Under the pieces are notes generated by a model. That model searched no databases. It was not told where the DNA came from and saw only the letters and a program-made list of their open reading frames with translations. This document shows positions 24,712 to 37,878 of a stretch of 64,000 nt of DNA, piece after piece. The DNA lies in the NCBI GenBank assembly GCA_010015805.1, contig ML978123.1:2852001-2916000 (forward strand), given 5' to 3'. The position numbers and the translations under genes are program-made. Numbering within the stretch: the stretch's first letter is position 1; every line of letters begins with the position of its first letter. This stretch comes from Rhizodiscina lignyota. Lineage: Eukaryota.

Positions 24712-25975
24712 AGGTGAGGGTGTGGAAAGACGGACTTCGTGAACGGGAATTGGTGGGCTTTGTGGGAAGCATGGGCCATGATTGGAAATCGGAGGTATTC
24801 TAAATTGGACAGGAGGGTAATGATGCATACATAGGGGACAAAAGCATAGGGATCACGGCTAATGAGTTATCATTTTACGGTATATGGGCATCGGACTGCA
24901 CTTTATGGATGGGAGGTAATCAGTGGACTTCATGTAAAGCATGGGATTAAAAGTAGCTATGGGAGGTAACATATCGTGGTCAAGACTCTGAACAGCCATT
25001 GTATATAGCCTCTGTAATTAATAAAAGTACAAGTTTTTCAAAGGCGTGCTGTTGTTGTGCACACTCCACGGAGCGTAAAGCGGAACTTCCAGAGATAGTC
25101 TCGCCCACCTGCATGTGGAGGAGCAAAACTTGCTCGCCCAGCACGACAACATCGACGGGGGGGATCCAAACTCAAGTTACAGCGGCCAGATGCCACCCGG
25201 AGAATCAAGCTCTGGTATCTGTCGCTGAAAGAAAGGGCCGTTTTAATTATACCGACGAATAAAGCCGGTTCTTAGAACTATTATCGAGAGAACAGCAACC
25301 GCTGGCAGATTCGAGGGGCTCTTCAAGGCAAAGTCCCCGCTGCCCTATCCAAATACGTCCAAAACGAAGACTGATTGGGTAGGCTTAGGCGTTATAGCTT
25401 GCCCGGCAACAAATTGGCGAGAGAGCGCGCAAACCCTTGAACCTTTCTGCGAAGCTCTGATGGAGATTGAGGACGGTGCGTTCTTCAAGATTGAGTGCTT
25501 AGCGAGGGGGAAATGTCGAGGATCACGACAATTCGCAATGACGAGCTATTGAAATTGGCAATCGGGGGTATTATTATGTTTGGACAGGAGCGTAAGAAAC
25601 ATAGCTACGCGACAAAGGCGTCTGAAGTTGAATCTTGAATCTTGAATTATCATTTCGTAGCGTAGATATGAGTACCGCAGTCTCCCATTTTCGCATTCTC
25701 CAGGACCGCAGTTAACACCAATTTTGATGCATCGAGCCATAGTTCCGAGACCGCCAAAGCAGGACCACGAAACGCAGTCGCGAACTCCGCAGATTTATGG
25801 AAATACCCGAGTCGTGAAACCCAATCGTATGGAATGACGTCAGACTACTTTCTCGTCGTCTCAGTGTCGTTGTTCCAAATCATTTCCTCTTCTAAAGACA
25901 TGTTTGGGTACGGGCTATCCCTCCGCCCCCGCCGGAATCAAGAAAACTGTAAACCGCTTCCTCCCCAACTTCCCC

Positions 25976-26616
25976 TTACTTTTTCGCTGGAGGCGGTCCC
26001 ATCGGCGGCGCATACCCATCTCCACCTCTCGCCGGTCCGGCCTGGTACGATTGTCCCGGGCTCTGCAGTTCGACACCTTGTTGTTGACCGTAGTATCCCG
26101 CGTTCGAGGGTGAGTAGTTTGGCGGCGCATTCTGCGAGTAGTAGCCCTGGTTATGCGGCGTGAAGTACGGCTGCTGCTGCGACTGCTGGTATGTGGGCGG
26201 TTGGTAGTTGTATGCGGCCCAGCCGGTTCCGCGGTATGGCGAGAGGCCTTGACGGCGACGGCGGCGGGCGGAGAGACATCTGTTTGGGGGTGGTTAGTGC
26301 TTGTTTTGTTGGAATTGGAATGGCGGCATCAATGGGGCGAGGGAGGGAGGAAGGGTGAGAACTCACGATATCAGGATGAAGAAGAAGAAGAACAGGACGA
26401 TGATGACGGCGAGCACGACCCATCGGACCCAGTCGTTCCAGGAGCTGTGGCACTCGAAGGTGTCACCGGTGAATTCGTCGCGACATCTGGTGGAGGGTGT
26501 TAGCGAAGATGTCTTTCTCCTTTCCAATGTCTTCCGAAGCTCATTTGAAGCTTCACAAGTGCAATGATGGCGAATGGGAAGGCTCACAATTCTCGTTTCA
26601 GAAGCTGGGGCGCCAT
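25976..26616 (-). CDS. RCR-family (chitin synthesis regulation / Congo red resistance) single-pass PY-motif membrane protein, 3 exons
   Basis: Spliced MAPQLLKREL|CRDEFTGDTFECHSSWNDWVRWVVLAVIIVLFFFFFILIS|CLSARRRRQGLSPYRGTGW...NAPPNY...VELQSP...YAPPMGPPPAKK*, with canonical introns. Confidence 0.85.
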
Positions 26617-28121
26617 TTTCGGCTCTCGTGATATCCGCGCGGCCTTGTCTTGGTTGGAGCGTGTCTCTGGAATTGGCGCGGAGTGCTGTACGTGGAAGAC
26701 GGCGTTCAGAGCAGATTGAGGATGATGGTCGGAGTGTACGAGCAGATGGACGAAAGGTGCAAGCAGAGCGGAGGTTGTAAGGTGATACGTGTGCAGTAGT
26801 GGAAGAGGTCGGGAGTTTTAAGAGTGGTGATGAAATAGTGCTGCGCCACCTTGACACGCTTGGCGGACACGCGCGTGCGTCTTGGCGGGGCTTCCGGGCA
26901 GAATGCGAGCAGCAGCGAGCGTGACAGATGACGAATCGCGCGCCTCACGCTCACCACTCGCTCTGCGCTATTCTCGCAACCGCGCTGGATATGTCAAATC
27001 GCGCCGCCATGACGCTGCTGCGCACTTGCTCGTGATGGAAGGACACGGAACAGAATTTAGAAATGCGATCTACATACGAGTACGCCGGCCAAAGCCACAG
27101 CCAGAAGCGTCCATGTTGCGAAGGGGCTGGACGAGATGGCCTTAGGTGCTGGTAAGGCTGAAAGTGTTGCAAGTGTCAAACGGGGGTCTCACGACGATGG
27201 CTGAGGATGATTTGAGTTGCTTCGGCACGGAACGAGAGCAGCGCCAGCGCTAGACGGGACTGTATGGGAGCAGCAAGCGCAAATCTGCGTCGAGCGTTGT
27301 CGCTGCCCGTCGCAGCCAATTGTCGCGCCGAATCGCCCTCTGACGTCGGGCAGAGCGCGGCCCTGGTCTGCATCTGCTGCATGATGAGCTGGCAAATGTG
27401 CGCTGTTCGTAGCTACTCCCCATGCAAAAAGAGTGCGGAGCCCGATCAATTTTCCTCCCTCTTGAACCCAAGAACCTTTTGCTGCGAAAGACGGCCTTTG
27501 TTTCTGTGGCAATCTGACCGGCGACGCATTTGTTGCTTCAGAGTCGGCCTTCTTGGAGACCGCCATTTTTGCCGGTAGCGATGGGATCCTCGCCCAACGC
27601 GACGCGTTCTTGCCGAAGTCACGCACGAATTGCTCGCCTCACTCAATTGACCGGATTTGGAGCATGTTCGATGAATATATACATTCCTGTCCTCGCGACT
27701 CGCCCGGCCGCTGTAAAGTGCTAGATATGGACCACTAAATTTCTGGATGAAAATGGACCGCCAACTCGCTAGAAGATGCTATTCATCACCATTCGTCGCG
27801 TCGTGGACATGCGAAGGGAAAGTTCGGGGGTAGTTTTGCCTATCAAACCAAGGGGAATAACTGCTATCGCTAGCCATGGGAAGATCCTCTGTTGCCGTGG
27901 GGCTGCCTCTCTTTTGTCGTAAGGGATTCGTCAGGGAAACTGAAATGGGGAATCGTAAGTCTCGTATGGAAAATGTCGGTATTGACGTCGAAGGCAGGTG
28001 AATCCGTCTGCTTCGTATTCATCAGGTCGTCAAGAATGTCTCGTATCATGTCCTTCTCGTCGATGCTCTTCCTTCGATCGAATCCAGCTGGTCTCAACCA
28101 CTTGCGCTTCGCTCGTCCACA

Positions 28122-29168
28122 TCATTTACTTGCCCGAGCTATTAACCACTGCAGGACTGCGTCGAGATTCGTCTCTTCCTTTGCGCTGATACCGTAACAG
28201 CTCACTTCTCGATGCGAAACCGCCTTCAGATCCAGCGCCTCGATCAGCTCATCCACCGACAGTTTGTTCGGCAGATCAGACTTGTTTCCAAGTACCAGTA
28301 GGGGGATACCTTCCAGTGCCGGTTTCTCGAGTAACAGTTGAAGCTCCTCCTTTGCCACTGGCAGCGCCTCCTTATCGGCCGAGTCCACGATGAAGACGAT
28401 GGCGTTAACTCCGCGACAATACCGCTCCCACATTGACCGAAATCTGGGCTGGCCTCCCAGATCCCAGCTATATATTACCGAGTCAGTATCGATTCGACTA
28501 TTCCCTTTTGGGAGAATTGCATCGACGACAGAAACGTCCATGTCGCCGGAATCGCAAGGCATTATCGAAACACTACAACGAAAGATATTCCCTACCATTT
28601 CAGAGTCACATGGCCTTTCTGGACTCGCTTCATATTGAAGCCTACCGTTGGTATTGAGCTGCGAAAGTCAGATGCATCGCCTAAGCCCGATCGCCGACAT
28701 TGGGCATTGGCCGACGGGTCTCAGCAAACTTACTCGATCGTAAACTCTCCGCCCTTTTGCAACACGAATCAGCAAAGAATCCTTCTCATTTGACTTTCAC
28801 GTTCCTGTCGACCTGCATGTCGCACGGGCATCAATCCGGATGCGGGCAGGGGGAACGAAATGCAGCACACAGACGCACAAACTCAATCCACTCACCGCCA
28901 GAACGCGCAGCAACGACGTCTTGCCCGCATTTTGCAGACCGATCATCGTTATGTCCATCTCCGTCGCCCTACGAGTCGTCAGCTCAAAAATGCAGCAGCC
29001 ATAGACATTTGGAGTTTTTGCTTTTGTCGCAAGGCTGAGTAAGGCGAATCAAGGATAGCAGGTGTAAGGCAGTCAAATGATATGACGACGAGTAAGAACC
29101 GGATGGCTGCGAACTCACCAGAACAGGCGCAGCAGCCAGTCGTAGATGCGTCTGAAGAAGCCCGCCAT
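28122..29168 (-). CDS. ARL8: ADP-ribosylation factor-like GTPase Arl8, 5 exons including a 20-nt micro-exon
   Basis: [88 protein letters not shown]...GNKSD...ISAK. Confidence 0.95.
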
Positions 29169-30386
29169 ACCGGCGATGACGTTCCAATAGCTCTCGTCCA
29201 CCTCGCGCAAACTCCTCGTAATCGATGACACTTCGACCAACGGACGCCGGTGGGTTGAAGGAACGTAAGGACAGACTGACGCAAACCGGTTGGCCGTGGT
29301 CAGATGGGCCAAGGTGGTAATGTGGTAATCAGGGAAAATGAAAAAGAGTGAGTGAGTGTATGTATGATGGACGAGTGGGATAAAAGACGTGTGACAGGGG
29401 CTGCTGGCTGGCAGTGGTGCGTTTCCCTTGACTGTGTCTGCGTGAGCCTCCGTCGGCCGTTTGGGTTTCCACTTCCAGCGAGCGTTAGGGTCGAAAAGGT
29501 GGGTTGCCAGCTGCCTGCTTCAGGCTTTTTGGGGTGTGGAGCTTCCTTTTTTCCCAGGTTGCTGCGGGGCGGCGCTGTGTGGCCGGAGCGGGCGTGCTTT
29601 CTGTTGGATGGCAAGACGAGATTTTGGTGATTTCCTTTTTCCTCTTCCTCTTATTCGAGGGCTTGAGGCGTTCGCGCTTGACAAACGACAAATCTCGACG
29701 ACGCACGGCTGGCCTGAGCATGCGGCTTTCGCCCTCGTCCGTTTCGTTCCGCTGCGCAGAGACCTCTTCTGACCTGGCTTTGCGAGCTGGGGGCACGCGG
29801 CTGGAGACGGGGACGGGTACAAACTGCCTGGCAAAAAGGCGCGCGGGTCTTGTGAGGCCTAAATAGCAGCAGCGAGAAATTAATTGAACCTCGCAATTGA
29901 TGACAGCTTCGTTCCTTCTTCCACGCTCAGCTCAGCTCGACCTCGACTTTGCCCTCAGATAGGCACCGAACGCCCAAAGGCACCGTGAATATGATGCCTG
30001 AAATCGACACCTTGATCGCATGCGAGTTTGTCGCACATGAGAGGCTGAGAAGGGATGTATCTCAGAACTGAGATGCCCAAAGGAGAGCCTGGGCCGCAGT
30101 GGACACCACCCCCGCAGGTCGATTCGACGATTCCCTTCGGGTTGCAGCGAGCAGCAGCGTCGTGAGCGCCAGATCCCTGCCGCCGGCTCGGCAGAAGATA
30201 CTCGCCGACCGGGGTCGTTCCGCGAAATCTTGGCATCGTAACTTTTCTGAAGACTCGAATGTGTTCATGCCCTCAGCAACGCCATTTCCCTTGTTCTCGG
30301 GCTCACTCCTGCTGACATTGGGCTCAAAGTTAGCCATGCACGCCTCATCTTAATGTCCTTGAAACACGTGCCTCAGAATCTTCATT

Positions 30387-33300
30387 ATGCCGTCGCAGAC
30401 TCCCCGCACATCCTCGACGGCCACCACCGCCCAATGGACGCATCAGTTCGACACGATACGACGCGAGAAGCTCTTCCGTAATCCTCCAACAGATCGCACC
30501 GCATACCCGTCACTCGCTGCCGCGATCGATCCCCATGTGCAATCCTTCAATGCCTACTTCGAGACTGATGGCCTGCTCCAACGAGCAATCGAGGACATTG
30601 GGACCAAAGTAATCCTCGACGGCGACCCGAACGCCGCTCCTCTTCCAAATGGCGAAAAGCCGACGCGAAACAGATTTAGCCTAAGATATAAAGAAGTCTT
30701 CTTTGAAAGAGCGACGTTGCCACCGTCAAACAAGATCGTGACGAAGGACAGGCGAATCTTCCCAGCAGAATGCAGAGAACGCCACTGCTCGTACAGAGGG
30801 AGGCTACGATGTCGACTCGAGTTCAGGATAAACGATGGCGAGTGGAAAGAGACGGTGCGAGAGCTGGGCAACATGCCCATCATGCTGAGGTCAAATAAGT
30901 GCCACTTGGAGAACCTCTCACCTGCTGAACTTGTGGCGGCGAAAGAAGAGTCTGAAGAGCTGGGCGGTTATTTCATCGTCAATGGCAACGAGCGGCTCAT
31001 CCGACTCTTGGTTGTCGGAAGGCGAAACTATCCCATGGCGATCGTACGACCGAGCTTCCAAAACCGTGGGGCGACATATACGAAATACGGCATTCAAATA
31101 CGAAGCTGTCGACCTGATCAGACGAGTCAGACGAATGTTTTACACTACCTGAACGACGGCAACGTCGTCTTCCGGTTCTCTTGGAGGAAAGCGGAATACC
31201 TGGTGCCAGTCATGATGATCCTGAAAGCATTGGTGGAGACCAATGACCGAGAGATCTTCGAAGGCATTGTTGGTTCTGCCGGTGCCAGAGGTGTGGAAGA
31301 CAGACAGTTTGCGGTTGATCGTGTGGAATTGTTACTCCGCACATACAAAGCTTACGGACTCCATGGCCGAGCAAAAACAAGAGCAAACCTTGGGAAATGG
31401 TTCAAGGTTGTTCTGAATGTGCCGGAAGATGTCTCAGACGAAGAAGCCGGATCGGAGTTCTTGAGAAAAATTGTACTTCCTCATCTTGGATCCGTTCATG
31501 TCACTCCAGACCAAGACGCAGACAAATTCAGGATGCTCATATTCATGATCCGCAAACTCTATGCACTTGCTGCGGGCGAGTGCGCAACGGACAACCCGGA
31601 CGCGGTATCCAATCAAGAGATCCTACTTGGCGGCTTTTTATACGGCATGATTCTGAAGGAGAGGCTTGAAGAATACCTCTTCGCAATCAGAAACGATATG
31701 ACCATTTACTTCAGAAATGCCGGTTATCCGCCCATGACTACCCAGCAATTCCTAAAAGATCTGGATGCAAAAGTTCTCAGAAAGACCGACAGCAATCTTG
31801 GAGGGAGGATGGAGTATTTTCTGTCCACTGGAAACCTGAGCAGCCCCAGCGGCTTGGATCTGCAGCAGACGTCTGGTTTCACTGTTGTTGCGGAGAAGAT
31901 CAACTTCTTCCGTTTCATCAGCCATTTCCGCATGGTCCACAGAGGTAGTTTCTTCGCAGAGCTAAAGACGACAACTGTTCGAAAACTGCTGCCCGAGAGC
32001 TGGGGATTCTTATGCCCCGTTCACACACCGGACGGGAGTCCCTGTGGACTGCTAAACCATCTTGCGCACAAGTGCTTGGTGTCTACACGAGATACAAACA
32101 CTGGTCGCATTCCGCAGCTGGTGTCTCAGTTGGGTGTCTCAGGCGTCTCTTCGTCGTTGGTAAACGAGAGCATAGTCGTTCAGCTAGATGGACGAATACT
32201 TGGATTCTGCGCCCCGAAGCAGGCTCAAATTATCCACGACACGCTCCGATACTGGAAAGTCGAGGGCAGTCATGGTGTCCCAAAGGAGCTTGAAATTGGA
32301 TTTGTACCAATCTCAAATGGTGGTCAATATCCAGGGATATACATGTTTTCACAAGCAGCACGGATGTACAGACCTGTCAAATATCTCCCGCTCGACAAGT
32401 TGGACTATGTCGGTCCATTTGAACAGCCGTTCATGTCGATTGCGTGCACAGAACCAGAGATTGTCTCAGGAGACTCCACTCACGTCGAATACGACCCCAC
32501 GAATATTCTCTCTATCGTCGCAAATCAGACACCTTTCTCCGATTTCAATCAATCGCCGCGTAATATGTACCAATGCCAGATGGGTAAACAATCCATGGGC
32601 ACACCTGGAGCTGCCCTGAAATATCGTACGGATAACAAAACGTATCGGTTGCAGACTGGACAGACGCCTATTGTCCGACCTCCCTTGTACAACGAGTATG
32701 GCCTCGACAACTTTCCAAACGGCATGAACGCTGTGGTGGCAGTCATTTCTTACACGGGCTACGACATGGACGACGCTATGATCATCAATAAGTCTGCGCA
32801 TGAGCGTGGCTTCGGATATGGAGCTATCTTCAAGACCAAGAAATACGACCTCTCCGAATTGACACGTGGTAGATCGACTAAAAAGGGTACATCAAAGCTC
32901 TTCGGCTTCGCACCCGGTGGCTTTGAGAAGAAAGCATTCTCAAAGTATCATCTTGGCGAAGATGGTCTGCCGCCAATCGGCAGAATGGTGCGGGAAGGCG
33001 ACGTTCTCGCCGCTTATCACAGCGTCACCTTTGATCCAGCATCAAACGAGTACGTGAACCGCGATGGCATCACCGAGTTTATGAAGTATAAAGAAGGCGA
33101 AGACGCCTTCGTCGAAGAGATCCGCCTCCTCGGCTCAGAAAACGGCAACGAACCCTGCACCTCCATCAGCATCAAACTCCGCGTCCCGCGCTCCCCAGTT
33201 ATCGGCGACAAATTCTCCTCCCGTCATGGACAAAAGGGTGTGGCCAGCCAGAAATGGCCCGCCGTCGATATGCCCTTCAGCGAATCCGGCATCCAGCCCG

Positions 33301-34046
33301 ACGTCATCATCAACCCGCACGCCTTCCCCTCGCGCATGACAATCGGCATGTTTGTGGAATCTCTCGCGGGTAAGGCGGGCGCGCTGCATGGCCTCGCGCA
33401 AGACAGCACCCCCTTTAAATTCGACGAGCAGGACACGGCTGTCGACTACTTCGGGCACCAACTCCAAATGGCAGGGTACAACTACCACGGCAACGAGCCG
33501 ATGTACAGTGGCATCGCGGGCACTGAGCTCGCAGCGGATATCTACATCGGCGTCGTGTACTACCAGCGCCTGCGCCACATGGTCAACGACAAGTACCAGG
33601 TCCGCACCACCGGCCCCGTCAACGCGCTGACCGGCCAGCCGATCAAGGGCCGCAAGAAGGGCGGCGGCATCAGAGTCGGCGAGATGGAGCGCGACGCCCT
33701 CCTCGCGCACGGCACCGCCTTCCTGCTGCAGGACCGCCTGATGAACTGCTCCGACTACACGCGCGCGTGGATCTGTCGCTCCTGCGGCGGCTTCCTAGGC
33801 GCGACGCCGAGCGTGAACGAGTACGGGCCGAAGCACCGGCGGACGGGCGGCGCGGTGCGGTGTCGGCGGTGTGCGAAGAAGGCGGAGGGGTGGGAGGGGA
33901 AGAGCAGGACGTGGGAGGATGGGAGCGGGCAGAAGTGGGTGGGGGGTGAGGATGTTACGGTTGTGGCGGTGCCGGCTGTGCTGAGGTATTTGGATGTTGA
34001 GCTGGCCGCTATGGGGGTGAAGATGAGGTTTAATGTTGAGCCGTGA
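30387..34046 (+). CDS. RPA135: DNA-directed RNA polymerase I second-largest subunit, intronless
   Basis: 1219-aa ORF with GGYFIVNGNERLIR, RKLLPESWGFLCPVHTPDGSPCGLLNHL, SYTGYDMDDAM, GDKFSSRHGQKG, YYQRLRHMVNDK, GEMERD and a C-terminal Zn ribbon. Confidence 0.98.
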   Translation: MPSQTPRTSSTATTAQWTHQFDTIRREKLFRNPPTDRTAYPSLAAAIDPHVQSFNAYFETDGLLQRAIEDIGTKVILDGDPNAAPLPNGEKPTRNRFSLRYKEVFFERATLPPSNKIVTKDRRIFPAECRERHCSYRGRLRCRLEFRINDGEWKETVRELGNMPIMLRSNKCHLENLSPAELVAAKEESEELGGYFIVNGNERLIRLLVVGRRNYPMAIVRPSFQNRGATYTKYGIQIRSCRPDQTSQTNVLHYLNDGNVVFRFSWRKAEYLVPVMMILKALVETNDREIFEGIVGSAGARGVEDRQFAVDRVELLLRTYKAYGLHGRAKTRANLGKWFKVVLNVPEDVSDEEAGSEFLRKIVLPHLGSVHVTPDQDADKFRMLIFMIRKLYALAAGECATDNPDAVSNQEILLGGFLYGMILKERLEEYLFAIRNDMTIYFRNAGYPPMTTQQFLKDLDAKVLRKTDSNLGGRMEYFLSTGNLSSPSGLDLQQTSGFTVVAEKINFFRFISHFRMVHRGSFFAELKTTTVRKLLPESWGFLCPVHTPDGSPCGLLNHLAHKCLVSTRDTNTGRIPQLVSQLGVSGVSSSLVNESIVVQLDGRILGFCAPKQAQIIHDTLRYWKVEGSHGVPKELEIGFVPISNGGQYPGIYMFSQAARMYRPVKYLPLDKLDYVGPFEQPFMSIACTEPEIVSGDSTHVEYDPTNILSIVANQTPFSDFNQSPRNMYQCQMGKQSMGTPGAALKYRTDNKTYRLQTGQTPIVRPPLYNEYGLDNFPNGMNAVVAVISYTGYDMDDAMIINKSAHERGFGYGAIFKTKKYDLSELTRGRSTKKGTSKLFGFAPGGFEKKAFSKYHLGEDGLPPIGRMVREGDVLAAYHSVTFDPASNEYVNRDGITEFMKYKEGEDAFVEEIRLLGSENGNEPCTSISIKLRVPRSPVIGDKFSSRHGQKGVASQKWPAVDMPFSESGIQPDVIINPHAFPSRMTIGMFVESLAGKAGALHGLAQDSTPFKFDEQDTAVDYFGHQLQMAGYNYHGNEPMYSGIAGTELAADIYIGVVYYQRLRHMVNDKYQVRTTGPVNALTGQPIKGRKKGGGIRVGEMERDALLAHGTAFLLQDRLMNCSDYTRAWICRSCGGFLGATPSVNEYGPKHRRTGGAVRCRRCAKKAEGWEGKSRTWEDGSGQKWVGGEDVTVVAVPAVLRYLDVELAAMGVKMRFNVEP

Positions 34047-34793
34047 GCATGGTAAGCATTACCTGGGAGGCTGGAGCATTTCGGCTTTGTTGAGCACTTC
34101 AAGCATGCATGGCCTGGCGTTTGCTATACGAGGTACAGAACATTTTGGACGAGTTATGTTATGAAGAGCTTACAGACCAGATGCCAAGGTTATGCTTCTA
34201 GCGAGAAAGACTCGTTTTTAGATATGAGGTTAGACACCATTAGTTGAACTCTGCTGGCAACCTCGTTTGGTTTCATGCCCATAATAATAACGTGCAACAT
34301 TTTCGCTTCCGTGTGCAGCTATCCCGTGACACTCAGTTTGGTTATCCACTCTGCAATCCCATTGTCTGAGGCGAGATAAGTAGATTCCTCTTAATATTAA
34401 ACTGGCCCGCATCTTGGGGTGCTAAGGTGGTGGGGGTGAGGACGTGAGTGACAACCACATCGTTCAACTTGCGTATTGAGCCACATTTTAAGCCTGTATT
34501 CCAATTCCCTCATATGTCTGAACCTGTAATTGGATTGACCACTAATTTTATATATTAGAACTTACCACACTGCAATATGAAATGTACAATTTCTGTGCGC
34601 CCAGTCCTTCGCTGTGCGAGTTTGTTCTATGCGAAATGACTTTTGCCTCCCACGCAATGCAATTTCAAAGCGTCTCCAATACGTATCTGTACATCTCATT
34701 CTCAACCAAATCCAAAGCACCTGCGTATCTTATCTTACTACCCCTGGCTCCTATACTTTACTTTTCCTTCCTTCTTATTTTCTTTCGCCCTGT

Positions 34794-37700
34794 TCAAACG
34801 ATCCCATACACCCTCTTCGCAATCAAGTAGCTACAAAGTCCAAAGCACACCAAGCCGGCTGTGATGCTCCAGAACCAGTTCAAGTTATCTCCGTCCTGTC
34901 CGGGCACCAAGCAATTCATGCCCCACATGCCGGTGATGATGTTCATGGGCAGCACGATAGTTCCAATGACCGTAAGCTTGCCGAGGATGTCGTTGGTTCG
35001 CTCGGCGCGCTCGTTCATGCGGATGTTGATTTGCGCGAGGTAGTTCGAGTGTGCGCGGGAGAGGAGGCTGTTCATAACTCCAATTAGCATATTATCCGCT
35101 ATTACAGTCTCGTTATGGAAAAGCAGCAAGGGAGAGCATACTTCTCATAGTGACTCAAATTCCCCGTCATAGTCACGATGTGATCCTGGATATCGCCAAG
35201 GTACAAGCCAATATCATTCCTCGGCGCAATATCCCACTGCTCGGTGCAGCGCTTGGCGAAGCCCTTGATCACATCCGCCTTGGTGCCCAGCAGACGGTAC
35301 AAGCTCATGACTTTCTTCCTGCACTCGCCAGTGCGCCGCAGCATGTCGCCGCCCTGGTAACCAGTGGTATCATCCTGGGTCTTCTCCCTTTTGCCGTCGT
35401 CGTCCTGGTCGATGGGCTCGTACTCGATGTTTCTGGGCCTGGGGAAGAGAAGGCGTGCAATATAAGTGTTCTTCCACGTCTTCGGCTTCAGCTTCGACTG
35501 CTGCTTCTTTTCCTCTTCCTTATCCATGGCGTCGCGGAGGCCTAGGATTTCCGCGTCTATCGCATCGACTTCATCTTCGATCCTTTGGATGAGAGGGGCG
35601 TAGATGTCGGTAATGTCGTCAATGATGGCATAGGAGATCCAGTCAGACGACATGACCAGATAGTCTGTCAGCTGACGCACGCGGCGTCGAACATTTGCGG
35701 GATGGGGCGTCTGAGAAAAGTGAAACTATTGAGTGCCATTAGAATCCAAGTTCTCATCCCATTCAGTCAATATGATTGATAAAAATGGATACTTACGCTG
35801 AGGACGCCCTCCCTGAACACAACGACATACATGTTCACAGGCTCCAAATAGTTCTCACTATTCGTATCCTGCTCAAACGTTCTGTAGTTGACAAAGTAGT
35901 AGTTCTTAAACAGCTCTACCTTTTCGCGCGCCTCCTGCATCATAATATCCTCAGCCGTGAGAGGATGGATGCGAAAGGCCTTGGTCAGGACGCGCATCTC
36001 AGCATCTGTTGGACTCATCACATCCAGCCAAAAGATTGGCCGTGACCCATAGCGTGGCTCCTTCTGGCGGATGAATTGTGGCGTTGGCGTTCCGGTACGG
36101 GATGGACTTTGCATCTGGCTGCCGTCGTCAGGCGGAGTGACTTTACCTCGTACGCTTGGAGGAACTGACGACTGTGTCGGCACTTGCATGAGACTCTGCT
36201 GCCTTGAGCGTGCACCGTCAGTAGCGGTCGGTGACAGTTGCCTTCGCAGTGATCCGTTGTCGTCTGGCGGCGTTGTTCGCTTCCTCGGGTACTCGTCTTC
36301 TTCATCTGAACTGCTGTCGTCGATGATAGGCGGATCCGGAATGAACAAGTGGCGGAAGGTTTGGCCTTCTTGTACCAATTCGCTAATAGTCTGTGCGTGG
36401 ATTGTGCTCTCGAACTCTTCGTTAAAGTACGTGAATCGATATGGAGCATCCTCTTCCTCGCGATGCCAAGTCTGCCGAGGACGAAGTCTTCCCTCAACAA
36501 AAATCGGTTCGTTGACCCTTCGCGATCGGATACCTCCCAGTGTGCGTTCTTCTTTCTCCAACAAACTCCATTCCTCAAGGTAGGACAACTCTGGCCACTT
36601 CTTCTGTCGGCGACGACGACGACGAACCGTGTCGGCCTCCGAAAATCGAGAATAATCATCATCACCAATCTCTGAGAACGCCTCGTGGGGAAAGCAGACG
36701 TCTCCTTCAGCGGGGTTGATGCTAGAACGGTGGCGGAGCATGCCAGGCGAGGGAGGCGTCGAACGGGGCAAGTTGGTAGCATCGCGAGGGCCATCGATAT
36801 CAATTAGGGTATCTTGGTTGCCATTAAGTCGTCTGTCATCAGGAGATCGACTAAGTTCGTGGTTTGTGAGCATGACATCGTCGTATCCCATGTCTGGTCC
36901 GAGAGCAGGGCTGCCAGGTCTGGAGGGTGGGTTGTTGACATCGTACGAATGGACACTCTCTGCAGACGCCTGTCTCTCGAAAATTGTACTATGGTGCTTC
37001 CTTCCACTTGAACGTGAGGAGTCCCTCGACTTCTTCCCTCCATGGCGAGATGAAGGTCTTCCTTCGTTCGAGGGTCCGGAGAGTCCTCCATAATCACGAG
37101 GTGTTGAAGCCGTTGGCGTCCCCCTCCTGGCCTTGATTAACGGCGAGTAATCATTGTAGAACCCGTCGTCGTCGTCGGATGGCTGATAAGTTCTCGATAA
37201 TCTTGACCTGTTTGTGCTTTCCGGGACGTGGGCGAGGGTATGTCGCGGAGCGAACCGACGAGGTGAGCTTTGGCCGGTGCGCTGAGACAGCATAGCCGTA
37301 ATGGATTGGCGTCTTGTCTGCAGCGGGCCTTGGTCACTGTAGGAATATAATCAGCCATTGCAATTGAAAAACAATTGAAGAATGCAGGGTACATACCGAT
37401 GATCAAGAAGCGCTTCGCTGTCCAGACTCTCGCTGCTCCTCGCACGTCCGAGTCGGTAGAACGATTCACGCTCCCTCTCTTGCTCGCTCCGAGTCCTACC
37501 AACGCCGGTATCCATCAGACTCGGCCTCTCCATAGGGCGTGTCACCTCCTCCGCCACGTCCTCCGAATGAGCGGCGAATGACTGACGCCTATTGCGCCTC
37601 TTCTTCCCACTACGATGCTTCTTCTTCTTTGTCTTGCCGTGCTCCCCAGCATCAGATCCAGCGGCGAAAGTAGAAGTACTGGCTTCCAGCGTGTCACCTC

Positions 37701-37878
37701 GACTGGTAGGTCGGGCATCAGATGTGGGAGAGTCAGTCATGGTTTGATGTGGCGGATCGGTAAACGATATATTTTGTCCTTGCGCGTGGGTAGCAGACGG
37801 TAGGGGTGGAGCCGGGTGGCCTGCAGATGGAGAGCCAGGAAGGTTCTTAGCCCCGCTGCGACTAGAGGGAGGGGACAT
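34794..37878 (-). CDS. MNR2: CorA-family Mg2+/metal transporter, Mnr2 type, 4 exons
   Basis: HPLTAEDIMMQEAREKVELF, DWISYAIIDDITD, LGDIQDHIVTM and LGKLTVIGTIVLPMNIITGMWGMN (GMN motif). The C-terminus resembles Mnr2 more than Alr1, from memory. Confidence 0.88.

Noticed and set aside
26951..27010. 19-aa upstream ORF MAARFDISSAVARIAQSEW with a GTGAGC donor-like site upstream of the RCR gene
   Set aside because: I could not splice it in frame to the RCR CDS, and there is no evidence that it is in the transcript.
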